This document shows positions 50,001 through 62,217 of a DNA stretch of 64,000 bases, piece by piece. Source of the stretch: Podarcis tiliguerta (taxonomy: Eukaryota); assembly GCA_965153285.1 (NCBI GenBank), contig OZ229115.1. One strand, written 5' to 3'. Under the pieces are notes generated by a model. It did not search any database and had not been told where the DNA came from. It saw nothing but the letters and a program-made list of their open reading frames with translations. Made by a program: the position numbers and the translations under genes. The first letter of the stretch is position 1; every line of letters starts with the position of its first letter.

Positions 50001-52754
50001 TACAGCATGTACAGAAAGGAGCATGCTTTTATATCAGAAATACATTTGTCAGTATTTGTTAAGACATATCACATATTAAATGCTGAATATAATCCCTATG
50101 TTCTGCAATCATGGGAAAAGGAATTTAAGTTATTGACTTCGGTTTAATCTGCACAGTGTTCACTTTCCCCTCAATGTTTCTGGGTTATTTCAACAAATAA
50201 CAGCACTGTCAAATGAAATGCTGAGGAGAAAAAACAGCACACAGACTACCCTCACTCCTTCAAAAGTTCATCGATATATAAAATAGCTCCTGCCAAACAT
50301 ATCTGCAGAAACTAGAAAAAACAAATAAGCATTATATCAACAACTTTGTTTTCTTTTTAGAAAACAGGAGAAAAATACTGGTCTCTAAAGCAGAAACCAT
50401 TTATATGTTGGTTATTTAAAATAGGAAATTCAATTTACAATCATTTTAGTATATCTCATAGTTAAGCAATTTGAGAATTCTTGTTTATACTAGGTAATCA
50501 GATGAGCAAGGGAAGAATATTCACCTCCAATTTAGAACCCTTTCTTCTTAGTTATATGCCAGACATACTGATAGGATAAATATAAAAAAGACACCCCATC
50601 AGACTGACAGGTAAAGAAAGGATGCCAAGGAAACCCAAAGAAAACTGTCTTTGAGCTACTTTACACCTCTCCAGCTTAAAGAATACAAAAACTTCACAAG
50701 AGTTTTTCTTCACAAGAATTAAAAAGAGAAAGTATTTGAGCTGTACAAACTAGTGGTAGGGGTAGCTGGTTACAAATGCCTATTGCTGTGCATTAAGTAT
50801 TACAAGCCAATTGCAACTTACATGAGGGTTATGTTACCGGGGGTTGGGCATAAAGGCAAAATCGCACAAAGTCAGAATGAGCCTTGGAACAGCCCATACT
50901 GTACAAGATATGGCAAGGGAAAACTCTTCACAGAAACAGTTTTTAAACCTGCTTCTGAAGGTTGTAGACCTCTCAGGAAAAGGTTGGGCAACTTTGTACT
51001 GTACTAGCTTAGCGAGCTTCTGCTCACAAAACTTCGAATGCAGCTAGATAGAAATTATGTTGGACAGTTTGTATACCAGGCTACTAAAATTTCTTCCTTT
51101 TTCACAGTATTAGCATACTGTATTTTGTTTCCACAAACTCTGCTGTGAAGCATGACACATAAATGAACTGATGCATTGAACTAGGAAACTTACAGGCTGC
51201 ATTATTAGATAAGGAATTTCAATTGGAAGCCTGCTAAATATTTAATTTCATTTTCCAGTGGATTTTAAGTGGTAAAATAAGACATTTAACTGTAATTGAT
51301 GGTACACAACATAAACATGCAATTATGGAGCCATTCCCCTCAGGGAATTCCCAAGATCAATGCTTATTAAAGTAATCTATCCTGGTGGCCACAGTAAAGC
51401 ATCTCTATTATGGTCACAAAAGCCACAATTAAGCACTTGCTCATATTTTTACACGAAACTAAGTTGATTTAGAAGATTTACACTTAGACAAGTCAATAAG
51501 GATAAAAAATATAAAATGTTCCTTGAGTTACCAGTCATTTAAAGGATTGCTTTATTTGCTCTTAAATGTTTTTATGTTGCTGGACCTGATGATTTATGAG
51601 AGGGAGGTATATAAATACTTTTATAACCAAAGATAAGCACATAACTTGCAAATCACACCAACAAAGGTTTCCACAGCAACAGAAGGGGAAATAACTTTCT
51701 TTTTAAAAATAAAAAATGCCTGAAAAGGAAAACAGAAAGCACACACCCACCCCAAATAGTCCTCAGAAGATTGTCCCTTTTAGTTAGATTTAAGAGGAAA
51801 ACTCTCCTCTTCAAATTCTGGAAACAATTCACATGAACTTGCACAAGCAAAAAGGAACAAACTGTGGCTGCAGGATGTTTACATCAGCAAACCTCATGTT
51901 CCAACTGTCAATGTAACCACCTCTTCTTCCCAATCTGTATTAGCAACTCTTATCCAAAACATAACATGCAAACAAATTACAGGACTACCCACTCTGCTTT
52001 TCAGAATGTAAGCAAAATGTGGAGTATAGCAAACACAACAGATTCCACAATTATTAGGCAGAGTTCAAATAATAATTTTACCCTATTAAACCTCACTGTA
52101 TTCCAAGTTTTCAAAATAGTGCCTTTTCTTCTTAAAATCACATTGTATAAGAAAATACTTGGCATTTTCACAGTCGTTTTAAATTTGTACCACATTTCCT
52201 AAATAATACATGTACAATGTTCTTCACTTTGATTACAGCAAGACGCTTTTCTTTAAAGCAGTTACTAAAAAATGATACTTCTTTAAAGCAGTTAACTAAA
52301 AAATGATGCTTCTGTCCTTGAGATGCATTTCCTGTAAATGGGAAACTGCAATGCAGCACCTTTCAACTACTGTATACCCAGGTGGGACAACCTCTATGGC
52401 CTTGGAAAGATGCCTAAGATTTTATTTGCTTTTATATCATATTTTAAAAGTAACTTCCCAAGAGTAAAGTTAGAGAATCTCAGTCTAGCGCATAATACAA
52501 ATCCTCAGTGTACTGATTCCCAAATGAAGTTGATTCATTATAATATGTAATGTGCATATTATGCTGTATGCCATGCAGTCATTCAGCAGTTGCGGCTTTG
52601 TCATTTATTTTAATTTGTTCTCATATTTCTTCCCCGCCTCGTCTTTAGCTATCTCAGTTATTAATTCAGTGTTCCCCCTCCCCCATTCTCATGCACAGAA
52701 GACCAAACTACGGTTCATGAAAATCTGAAAATCTGTGCTTCCCAAAGTTAATCT

Positions 52755-52790
<36 letters not shown>

Positions 52791-55700
52791 GCACATATAT
52801 GACTGGACAAGAAATGTATAAAGTCTACCATTTCAGAGTAGACTACACTAAAATCCAAAACTAGGCTGCTCAAACAATGATTCTTCTCCATGAGCTGTCA
52901 GGTCAGAATACAGAAGGAAAATACATAATTAAAATATAAAAGAAAAGACCCAGTAAAGAAGATTTTAAAAGGAGAGGAAACTGAACCACTATTCAAACCC
53001 TGCATAACATCTCCCACCACCCACAACAACTGGTTATGCCAGCTGCAGCTCTTGAGAGTTCAGGTCCGACAACACGTGGAGGGCCACAAGTTATCTACGC
53101 CTGTTCTAGTAACTTTCCTCAATTATTTTGAGCAAGTAGGCAATGTTCAAATATGTTGTTTTTGTTCTTCAGTGGATTGGAATAGGTCATAAGGGGAAGT
53201 TCCTATTCAAATAGATGGTTTGACAGTTTTCTAAAAAGAAAATAAATAGCTCCAAGATGTAGAAGCAGCTCGGACCTTCATTAAACAATGAAAACTCTGA
53301 AGATAACGTGGTTCTCTTCTCAGATATTGGTAGCAATTCCTTTGACCAATAAATGAAGTAAAACAAATGCAAAACGCAACAGCAGGGATCCAAAATGACA
53401 CATACAGTATTCTTGCACTCAGGTGATTTTTCTCTTCCCATCCCCACCACCCTCAAAACCTTTCAGGACTGAAGGACACTCTGGAACACCAACTCACGTA
53501 TAAGACATGAACAGCTGCTGCTGAAAAGTAGCATTTTCTTTCCCCAACATGCACAAGTGTGCTTTTCCAGACACACAGGGAGGTGGGAAGTTTAGTGCTT
53601 AGACCTGGAAAGTGTATGCAGTCATGTTTCTGTGTCATGAATTCCTACTATGGTTTGTTTTAACGGAAAAAGACATTGAAACAAAACCTGAAGGCAGAAG
53701 CAGCCTCCCATAGATGTATGTGTTGCTGGATAACATACTCAGCACAAACTGCACTTCCCAGATGGCCTACATTGTCATGGGTATGACCCAAAATATCCAG
53801 AATCAAAAACACATGGAAAAGCCTTGCTTGTTCTGAACATTTCTGTTTTTCTTTGAAAAAGGAACTGGGCATATGGCAGCTCTCTTTAAGCTCAAGCATT
53901 AAAGGCTTTTGTTGTGGAAGCTAAAAGCTCCACAGTAAGTTCTCCCCACATACCCATATTATCTACACCTCATCAACTGCAGTTTGCTTTAAATATTATT
54001 GCCATTACTAAATGCAACAAGATAACTGGAGTACACAATAAATTCTATATATGGGCAAAATCCAGTTGAGGATTATTCTGTTTTCTCTGGAAGAAGCATA
54101 GCATCACAATTTTGTATGACCAAGGACTGCATAGTACACAAGCCTAGGCCAGGGTTTTAGTTTTATGAAGTAATTTTCACAATAGGTACATACTATGTAA
54201 AGCTTCAACACAAACTGGAATGCAATTAGAACAATATATTCAGACATTAAATATAGAATGTCTGCTGTAAATCAAAATTTGAGTAGGTAAAATGGCCATG
54301 CAGAAAACTTGTTAAACTTCTTCACCTCATTTAACAGTGGACCATGTAGATAGAGAACTTAGCTTATGCCACTCCCACATCTGCTCTAAGTAATATGTAT
54401 TGCTATGCCATTGGACAAGATAAGAAAAAGAGTGAGAGTGAGAAAGTGAGAGTTCAATGACATTAATGGGTTACTCATACCATAGACCAGGGGTCTGCAA
54501 CCTTTAAGACAAAAAGAGCCACTTGGACCCGTTTCCGAAGAAAAAAACTGGGAGCCGCAAAACCATTGCATGCGCGCCGCTGCCCTCCGAGCTGACAGCG
54601 GGCGGGAAGGTGACGTCAGGACGGTGCGTGACTAACGCATACACCGCCCCCATGCGACGTCACAGCCAGTACAGTACCCGCCACAGTGGGGAGTGTCGGG
54701 GCACACAATGCGCCTCCTCCCCTCGCTAGTATCTGCCCCGGAGCCGCGGCAAAGGTGTAAAAGAGCCACATGCGGCTCCGGAGCCGCGGGTTGCCGACCC
54801 CTGCCATAGACCAAGGTCCTGCAGCCTCAATCCTTGTAATTAAAAAGTGGAACAGGGCACACTTCAAATAATTCTTCTTACTGACCAGAGGCTAAAGGTG
54901 CATAAGAAACTAATCCAGTCAGTAAAAAGGAAAGATTGCAAGATTGGCTTATTTCCTCAGGCAGTCTTATCATCTCCTCAGACTTGTAATGTTTTGTCTA
55001 TAAAATGTAATATGGTCAGAAAGTGCGGTTTTTGTCTTGCAACTTAAACGTGCAAAGGAAATTTGAATTGTCTGTCTCATGGAGTGGTCCAGTAATGAGA
55101 TATTCTTTGAGGTAGGAAAAAGACTTGAAGATCATAATTCATTGGGCAAGATCTTATTCTTAGCTGCCAATTCATTCTGATCCCAAGTAGTGAAGGAGAA
55201 TATATGTTGTTCTTTTGGATTGCCAACGGATGAGGTTTTAATTTTAACATCTTTTCTCCCTCCTGTTTTTACAGTTTCATGATGTTTTTAATTTTTGGCC
55301 TGCAAGTCACCTTGCTTCAGTCTGAAAAATAGAGCTAGATATTTAAATAAAACATACACATTTCTGCAAGCTTTCCAACTTAAAAAATCTAAATGTATTC
55401 ATGTATTTAGTATAGATATGTTACTCAGCTGCCAACCAGGTGTCTCATCTCACTGTACTTTAAGCTTTCCAGAAATACTCATAGATGTTAAAAATTCCAA
55501 GGCATTTAAAGTCCCTGTTACTCAGTGATCTTAGGCAAAGCACAGTCAAAAGACCAACAGCAAGAGAATATTTATTCATAATTTGTTTAATTACTATATG
55601 AAAAATAGGGAAAGAGGAAAATTAAGGTCAGTCTACTCACCTTGAACACCTCAGAGAAGAAACCAGATCCTATTTTCTCACAAGAAAAGTCATCAAGTCG

Positions 55701-55862
55701 TGTAAGTCTTGAAAAGGCACTAATCAAGGCCTTGTATGAAGAAGTCCAAACTCTGCCCATCTGGGACACGTTCCCATCGCCTCCGCCACCCCCATCAAAA
55801 TCTTCAACGCGCTCCAAGCGTGGTGGAAATCCTGCTATTGAATTTCGCTTACTCCGATCCAT
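16572..55862 (-). CDS. TESK2: Dual specificity testis-specific protein kinase 2 (LIMK/TESK family), about 674 aa
   Basis: Exons 55641-55862, 47291-47412, 43968-44016, 32505-32651, 24985-25067, 23269-23344, 21875-21958, 20533-20619, 19954-20101 and 16572-17578 total 2025 nt in frame; [15 protein letters not shown] start, [33 protein letters not shown] 14-3-3-type motif. Confidence 0.97.
19954..20101 (-). CDS. TESK2: TESK2 exon
   Basis: [49 protein letters not shown](G). Confidence 0.94.
20533..20619 (-). CDS. TESK2: TESK2 exon
   Basis: [29 protein letters not shown]. Confidence 0.97.
21279..21443 (-). mobile_element. tRNA(Ala)-derived squamate SINE, degenerate
   Basis: B-box-like ggggttgaacctgg and tail ataggaagctgcctta shared with other copies. 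Confidence 0.65.
21875..21958 (-). CDS. TESK2: TESK2 exon
   Basis: [28 protein letters not shown]. Confidence 0.97.
23269..23344 (-). CDS. TESK2: TESK2 exon
   Basis: [25 protein letters not shown]; AAG acceptor. Confidence 0.94.
24350..24454 (-). mobile_element. Old Penelope-like element terminal relic with a degenerate hammerhead motif
   Basis: Minus strand GCAA-CUUAUGA-A-AUGGAC-UCCA-GACCAU-GAAAGCUU-AUGC. Confidence 0.6.
24985..25067 (-). CDS. TESK2: TESK2 exon
   Basis: [27 protein letters not shown](S). Confidence 0.97.
25878..26136. mobile_element. Three tandem ~85-bp palindromic MITEs separated by TAA (PIF/Harbinger-like)
   Basis: Units 25878-25964, 25968-26049 and 26053-26136; relatives at 3955-4045 and 30437-30525. 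Confidence 0.55.
27889..28120 (+). mobile_element. CR1 LINE 3' fragment
   Basis: gggttcaaattacaagaaaggagattc...aggaagaactttctgacagtaagagctgtt, ending in a (ATCTATG)n-like tail. Confidence 0.8.
28815..28951 (-). mobile_element. tRNA(Ala)-derived SINE, degenerate
   Basis: ggattgaacatgg...ccactgagctacggcccc head. Confidence 0.6.
30134..30277 (+). pseudogene. C-type lectin-like domain exon (CLEC2/CD69/KLR-type), antisense in a TESK2 intron; gene or pseudogene status unresolved
   Basis: [48 protein letters not shown]; polypyrimidine tract + AG before 30134 and GTGAGA donor after 30277. Confidence 0.8.
30560..30647 (+). mobile_element. CR1 3' terminal fragment
   Basis: ttcctgc...gggttgga...ggtcccttctaactctacaattcta. 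Confidence 0.7.
32505..32651 (-). CDS. TESK2: TESK2 exon
   Basis: [49 protein letters not shown]. Confidence 0.97.
32872..33130. mobile_element. Interspersed repeat, probably an RTE-type LINE-related fragment (family uncertain)
   Basis: Recalled lizard repeat motif gacaagacccc...ggtccaaaggaaagcagagcaata...ttggcac; not verified by search. Confidence 0.4.
33185..33822 (-). mobile_element. tRNA(Ala)-derived SINE split by an L1 insertion
   Basis: SINE tail 33185-33287 and head 33719-33822 rejoin at the duplicated 19-mer. Confidence 0.8.
33288..33718 (-). mobile_element. 5'-truncated L1-clade LINE with a 19-bp TSD
   Basis: ORF2 C-terminus-like [40 protein letters not shown]; AATAAA plus A-rich tail; TSD tcagccaagggacattctc at 33269-33287 and 33719-33737. 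Confidence 0.85.
34811..35382 (-). mobile_element. SINE (34811-34862 + 35251-35382) interrupted by a hAT-like MITE containing (CT)n(CA)n
   Basis: SINE tail and tRNA-like head flank sequence related to 1835-2196. Confidence 0.6.
35735..36720 (+). mobile_element. Degraded L2 LINE (ORF2 3' region and tail)
   Basis: Relic peptides KKLKLNSDK and [28 protein letters not shown]. Confidence 0.8.
38244..38430 (-). mobile_element. Sauria SINE, 3' part
   Basis: Degenerate (ACCTTT)n tail; gggtcatatggccagcatgact core. Confidence 0.85.
42922..43142. mobile_element. Old palindromic MITE (gggttgtatccaa ends)
   Basis: Imperfect inverted arms; relative at 61768-62060. Confidence 0.5.
43753..43880 (-). mobile_element. 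CR1 3' terminal fragment
   Basis: catagaatcataga...ggaagggacc...tcatctagtccaacccc. Confidence 0.8.
43968..44016 (-). CDS. TESK2: TESK2 exon (49 nt)
   Basis: [16 protein letters not shown]. Confidence 0.96.
46907..47018. mobile_element. Short palindromic MITE-like element
   Basis: ttactcagag...gaaattaatg / cattaatttc...ctgagtaa inverted arms; relative at 48069-48183. Confidence 0.55.
47291..47412 (-). CDS. TESK2: TESK2 exon
   Basis: [40 protein letters not shown](K). Confidence 0.96.
47677..47953. mobile_element. GC-rich hAT MITE with a perfect 8-bp TSD
   Basis: TSD aggggagt at 47669-47676 and 47954-47961; termini caggggcggaggaag / cttcctccgcagttg. Confidence 0.85.
52757..52788. repeat. 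(AC)n microsatellite
   Basis: Direct reading. Confidence 0.95.
54488..54803. mobile_element. hAT-Charlie-like MITE with a perfect 8-bp TSD
   Basis: TIRs caggggtctgcaacc / ggttgccgacccctg; TSD ccatagac at 54480-54487 and 54804-54811. Confidence 0.9.
55641..55862 (-). CDS. TESK2: TESK2 first coding exon (probable acceptor at 55948, 86-nt 5'UTR part)
   Basis: [74 protein letters not shown]|gtgagt. Confidence 0.97.
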
Positions 55863-56204
55863 CTTGCAAACAATATGGTTCCTTTAGGAAGAAGAGGAGC
55901 TTTCACATCCTAGGTGCTCAATTTGTTTTTCTTCTCTCTGGCCGTATACTAAAAATGAAGGAAAAAGAATTGAACCATTTTCTTGTCCCAAATCTATTGA
56001 TAGAATGCTCAAGATGAAGCTATAAAAGTATAATTCTACTTGGGTGGATGTGAAGGGGAAAAGGTGCACAATGCTTGATCCCAGGTTTGCAATCAATCTG
56101 TAGTCAGAATTGACTCTAGGGGAGCAGAGAAGTTAGCTTCGCAAAACTTGGGGTACCTTTTCTTTTAGTCTCAAAAAAATCAATAACATTAATATCGTGA
56201 ACTA

Positions 56205-56423
56205 CAGTCATACCTCGGGTTAAAGATGCTTCAGGTTGCGTCCCGTGGCAACCCGGAAGTAACGGAACAGGTTTCGCCGCTCGCGCATGCACGATGCTCA
56301 AAATGACGTCACGCACATGCACAGAAGCGGTGAATCGCAACCCGTGCACACGTGGGTTGCGTTCTGCTCAGGTTGCGAATGGGGCTCCAGAACAGATCCC
56401 ATTCGCAACCAGAGGTACCACTG
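56205..56423. mobile_element. Tigger-like (TcMar) MITE
   Basis: TA|CAGTCATACCTC...GAGGTACCACTG|TA. Confidence 0.85.
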
Positions 56424-56880
56424 TAATGGGATACTAAAGTGTTGCATATTTGCTTGCAAGGTTGAACACAAATGACTGCTGCCTTCTCTTGTCTTTTTGG
56501 CATCTGTTAAGGATGTTCCTCTTTCAACAAACCTTCTAAAATCTTTATACTAACTGCTATCTGTTTCAGTTCAAATTGGTTTTATGTGTTGTTATAATAT
56601 ATGCAATTGTTTTAAATGTTTATATGTGCAACTGTTTTATTATTCTCTAAGTCACTTTGGGATTCCCTACAGGAAGAGATTCATAAATGAAAGAAAATAA
56701 TAATTTCTCCTTTCACACACAGTGTTTAACTGAATTTTAAAAATATAGTTTAACATTTTAAACTTCTAATTTCAGAATGTGCTAGATCCCTGTACCCCAT
56801 TCCAGCTAGAGCACGATGAATAGTGAAGCAATCCTCCACACACATATCTCAGCATGGTGAGGATGCAGTCAGTCCAACAT

Positions 56881-57262
56881 AAAAAAGGTAAAGGTAAAGG
56901 ACCCCTGATGGTTAAGTACAGTCAAAAGTGATTATGGGGTGCAGCACTCATCTTGCTTCAGGCTGAGGGAGCCAGCGTTTGTCCACAGACAGCTTTCTGG
57001 GTCATGTGGCCAACATGACTAAACCGCATCTGGCACAACGGAACGCTGTGATGGAAGCCAGAGTGCACGGAAATGCCATTTACCTTCCCATTGCAGTGGT
57101 ACCTATTTCTCTACTTGCACTGGTGTGTGTTTGAACTGCTAGGTTGGCAGAAGTTGGGACAGAGCAATGGGAGCTCACCCCATCGTGCAGATTCAAACTG
57201 CCGACCTTCTGATCAGCAAGCCCAAGAGGCTCAGTGGTTTAGACCACAGTGCCACCTGCTCT
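56881..57262 (-). mobile_element. Full-length Sauria SINE
   Basis: (AAAGGT)n tail on the plus strand, conserved core, tRNA-like head at about 57180-57260. Confidence 0.9.
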
Positions 57263-57399
57263 CTGCAGCTGTGCCTGTGCTGTGCTGAGATCCCTGCTTG
57301 CCCCAGAGATTCAAGGGAGAGCTCTTTCAAGAGCCAGCAGCAATGTGTTGCACTACTGATCCGTAGTTGATATTTTCACCTGAGGTTTACAGTTGGGAG

Positions 57400-58140
57400 T
57401 TTTTTAGTTTAGAGAAAAGACGGGGGGAATAACAGAGGGGTGTAAAATTATACATGGAGTGGAGAAAATGGATAAGGATAGTATTAGAATTTGGGGGCAT
57501 CCAATGATTCTGGTTATTAGAAGAGTCAGTACAGACAAACGGAGCTATGGAATCTGTGGTGGCCATGAATTTGGATGGCTTTGAAAAACGATAAGACAAA
57601 TTCATGGAAGATTGTTAGTATTTTTCAAGAGAGATTAAAGGGCACACTGGAACTTCAGGTTTGTGCAATTAAAATTAATTAAAGTCCTCTGACTAGCACT
57701 ACAGATCCACTTTAAAAACTCAGACTTTCTGCAGATTACTAAGTGATGAGGAAAACACATTGAAAAGTGTAAGATGAACAAATGATGACCAAGATATGTA
57801 AGCAGAATGAAATCTCATTGAGATAAAACTGCCCCATAAACAAATCAGAACAAGTGTTCAGTAAATACCAGGCATAGTCTATCTGCCACATAAGCTTTGT
57901 GCAAGCAAATTAGGGGGAATGCCAAACAAGCAGGTGGACTATAGGAGCCTTAAGGCCATTAATGGCTACTAGCCATGACTGCTATGTTCTATCCCCACTG
58001 TCATAGGCAGTACGCCTCTGAATAGCAGTTCCTGGGAATCACAAGCGGCAAGAATGCTGTGGCCCTCATGTTCTGCTTGTAGGCTTTTCTTAGGCATCTG
58101 GTAGGCCACTTTGGCCTGACCCAGTAGGACTTTTATTATG
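57400..58140 (+). mobile_element. Degraded CR1-like fragments
   Basis: tttttagtttagagaaaaga...gtggccatgaatttggatggctttgaaaaacgataagacaaattcatgga; tail-like segment about 57950-58140. Confidence 0.55.
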
Positions 58141-61100
58141 TTGTTACCTAGAAGAATTGTAGCAATTGACTCACAAGGCCACTCAACCACTAACCTATCG
58201 GTCACTGCCATGATGCCCATGAAGGCCTTATCTGGTGCCCCAGAATTAAGAATGATCCTCAGATTCCCAGTTTTCATTTTAAATAAGATTTTATAGCATT
58301 TTCAGAATAAGAGATATGAGGTAAATGCCCAGACACCATTATTTGCTTTTGTACCAAATCAGCCTGTTCAACCCTTTCCATGCTTTACCCACCATATTTT
58401 TTGGTCACCTTGTACATTTCGCTGGTACTGGGGAATGCTCCCTGTTGTCAATAGAAAGCAGCAGCAGCATTGTATTTGAGGGGGGAAATCAGTATTGTTT
58501 AATCTCCACAATCAGAATTTCTGGGGGTAAGGAGCAGCAATGACTATACCTGCCCTATTTTTGGGTTTTGCCATGCTCACCTGCCCCCATGGCAGCCAAG
58601 CAGTATAGAAATGAAAATGATGATGGTGATGGTGATGGTGTGTTATGCCTCTCTTCCTTATGGTAGCCAGAGGTATCACAACAATCAATCAACATAAATA
58701 TTGTTAAATCTTGTGATTGATGCCCACGAGACTTTCTCAAAATTTAAGATGTGAATGCTGGTCTAAAAAAGTTAGTGCCCACTGTATTAATCTATTGGAT
58801 TGCCTTGGTATGACATTTATAGGTAGTTTATCTTGCTTCCACCTTTCTCTGTAAGGCAAGGGAAATTTTTCACCCACAAATTATCACTTTTTACAATGCT
58901 TTGAAGATGCGGTATCAGCATCTTCTACATCTTACCTTTTGTGAAGTATTTTAAATGCATAGCCTCTGTCAGTGATTAACTGCTTCTCCAAAAAGAAAAC
59001 TCCTAGTTTTAGCTAGCGCTATCATATTTCTCACGTCCCACAGATGGAATCAGTCCCAAGAGGTGACCTTCTTTACCCTGTACTATTCTGGTTCAGGCAG
59101 AGCCTGTCACTACATAGTGTACTAGTTTGGTGGAAATTAATTCACATTATAAAAGGACGTCTCACATTAGCAAAGCAAAGTCTAAACCCAATAAAGTGAC
59201 CAGGCATCAACTTTCTGAATGGAGCCAGGGAGTCTCAAATTTATACTTCACACCAGACAGACTGGTATTTTTAATCTTGGAACGTAGTTGTGGTGCAAAA
59301 ACAAACAAACAAAAAACCTCACACAGATTTCATTCCTTCAGTGCTTGTGCCAGTTAACATGTAGGGAACTTTCAACTACTATAACCAAATTAAAGAACAC
59401 AGTTACAATTGCCCATTCTAATTCTCTAATCTGGACCTAGCTTGCCTCCACAAGAAGATGCCCCCCAAAAAACTGAATTTCACATCTCTCTAGTGCAACT
59501 GAGGAAGGTGGAAGATGGATTAGTGTGTATACCATGAATTGCAGCTTGTGTCTTCCAAAAAGTGAGAGCATTACATGTTTCTCCCCAAACTACATGCACT
59601 ATCCCCTTATTCACTTCTACCTACCCAAAAGTTTTCATACTTGCTCAGGCCCTGCACCCATGACACCTAAATGTATCTTTCGTGTTCAGAGGCAGTATAT
59701 ACCAAATGCTACAGAAGAACAGGGCTAACTGTGATACAGTACTCTCATGACCTACTTGAATTCCCAGAGACGTTTTATTGGTCACTGCTGGAAACAGGAT
59801 GCTAAACTATATGGAATACAAAGCAGTGGTGGGGCCTGAACCCCAAATTTGCTCTTGCAACATTTTACGTAAGACAAGCGAATGTGTTTGACACAAGTGA
59901 ATTGCCCATGGCTATGAACAAAGTACTGCTCAAGGCAAATGTGAGGTCTATGCTACAAACATTAAATTCCTCAAATCAATTTCCCTTTTAATTTACTCTT
60001 GAACACTTATTTCCTTCTGCTTTCTTTCAACCCATTTTTCTGTTACCACCTGCCTAACTCTCCTTATATGCAACCACTCTTCTCTTCCTACAACTTAAGA
60101 AAACAGGACAGCATAAAAGTCAAAGGGCATCAGTTGTCCAATCAACAGCTGTGCACCAGCATCCAGATCACCCTCCTGCCTCTACAATCACTACCTTCCA
60201 CTGTATTTTAGTGGAGGCACTACTCAGTGCAAGACAATAGGGGCCTGTAAATCCTTTTAGCATTCCTGTACATGCCCTGATAACTCAGAGACTGTAATTA
60301 TTTTAAAATATTTTTTCCCTTCAATTTGACAGATTTTAAAGTGAACATGTTTTCAGAAAGCTCCTCGCTAAATTTTATTTCAATTACGTGACTGCATATC
60401 AATTTCCAATAATTTTTAAAAATAATATTTTTGAATGGCAAACCTGCCAGCATATTGGATATACTGTAAAGTTGTAATTACCCAAATGTGAAACTCAATA
60501 GATGACTTACAGTCAGTTACAATTACAATCTCCCACTCTGCTTTGTAAGGTTATGGGATGAATGAAATAAAATAGTCCACATAAGCCACCCTGAGCACCC
60601 TTGAAGGAAGATAATGTACCAGGATAAAACAAATAAAACCAGGTGTGTTTATTCCCCCCCCTTCAATCTTGTGTTCCTGTTCAGATATGCCTACAGTTAC
60701 AGCATATACTAATAGAAGCTAGCCATGTGGTTTACTCCAGAAGGGAGAGAGCAGAAGTTCTCCAGAAACAGTTGTAGAGCACAGAAATACTTGGGAATGC
60801 CAGTTCTTAAATGGGAGGTGTATTTGTGTGTAACTTTCCTACCAAGATGCATGAAAAGAGCTGACATTTACAAAAGAGCATTCTAGGCTTCAAAAAATAT
60901 TTGATTGTGATCAAAGGACAAAGTAAGCCAGCTTCTTATTTTCAGACCCCTGCAATAATCTGCCTTTGTTTTGTCTGGAGCTAATGGGAGGTGTAACCCC
61001 AAACACTTGGATGGCAATAGCCAACACGGTAAACTATTGAACAGCTCAGTGGCCCATCTATCTCATTATCCTGACCTACACAAGATGCTTCAGGTAATTC

Positions 61101-61827
61101 CCATTCTGCCTGCCCAAAGTGCAGGCCAGCAGATATAATACCCCATGGATTTCCACCAGCTGTAACCTGTAGAAAACCCCATACTGGGTATTCCAGACAG
61201 GGAGAGATTGAACATGTCCAGATTTTTCTAGTTCCCAATCTAGGCCTGACAGCCACACCAGAGCAGGTTTTACCTGGTCCCCACCTTCCATTGCAGACAG
61301 CAGGGGCAGCAGGGCTATGGATGCAACAGTGGTCCATTCCTCAATCACACCCTGCTGCTGCTCAGCCAGGGTTAGAATAGCTCTGTCAATTTTAAAAGGA
61401 ATCCATGTCTGTAGGAGTATTACCAGCATAAGCAAATCTAAGGCAACCAAAGGATTCATTGCAGAACCAGAGGAAAGACAGACTTTCTGGAAAAATGAAA
61501 GTATGAGCAGAAGCCTAGCCCTGTGGGTAAGGAAATTGGACAGATAGTGCTTTGTTATTCATCCACACAAGGAACAGTCATTGTCAGCTTTTATTTTTCA
61601 ATTTACAGGATATCAGAACCTAACAAAAGCCACAATGGAAGCATGACAAAGTCAGTGGACATAGCTTATTCAAAATATTTTTGTTCTCTTGAATTATGGC
61701 TTACAACAATGCAGACTTGGGCACCTACAGAACACTTACAGAAGTGCAAACATAGCAATTTAAACACAGGGTTGTATCCAATGTTGTCTGTGAATAAGCA
61801 AAGCAGACTTCTGCTCACACAACAATG

Positions 61828-62217
61828 ACACTTCAGTCATTTGAAAAAAGTATAATAATAAAAAAGTGAACAGGCAACTTGTTTGATTATTGGTGAGCAA
61901 TCTTATCTAGGTCATGATTTATAGAGGAAAGGTACAATCTATATGCATTTACTTCACCACCATCTGTCTCCCCTGCACCTCCAAAGCTGCTCTGGAGGGT
62001 TGGGAAAGAAGAGGACATTGCGCAAGCCAAAGTCCACTTGCACAACATTGCATTCCATCCATGTGCTACAGCTAAAGACATTATTAATAAGAGTTCTACA
62101 CTTCAGTCATTTGAAAAAATAATAATAAAAGTGAACAGGCAACTTGTTTGATCATTGGTGAGCAATCTTATCTAGGTCATAATTTATAGAGGAAAGGTGC
62201 AATCTATATGCATTTAC
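61828..62217 (+). repeat. ~120-bp direct repeat (61828-61952 and 62098-62217)
   Basis: Two near-identical copies read directly. Confidence 0.9.

Noticed and set aside
25068-55640. Apparent loss of TESK2 kinase N-lobe and HRD exons, which are absent from the ORF track
   Set aside because: All three exons were found by hand at 47291-47412, 43968-44016 and 32505-32651; the kinase is intact.
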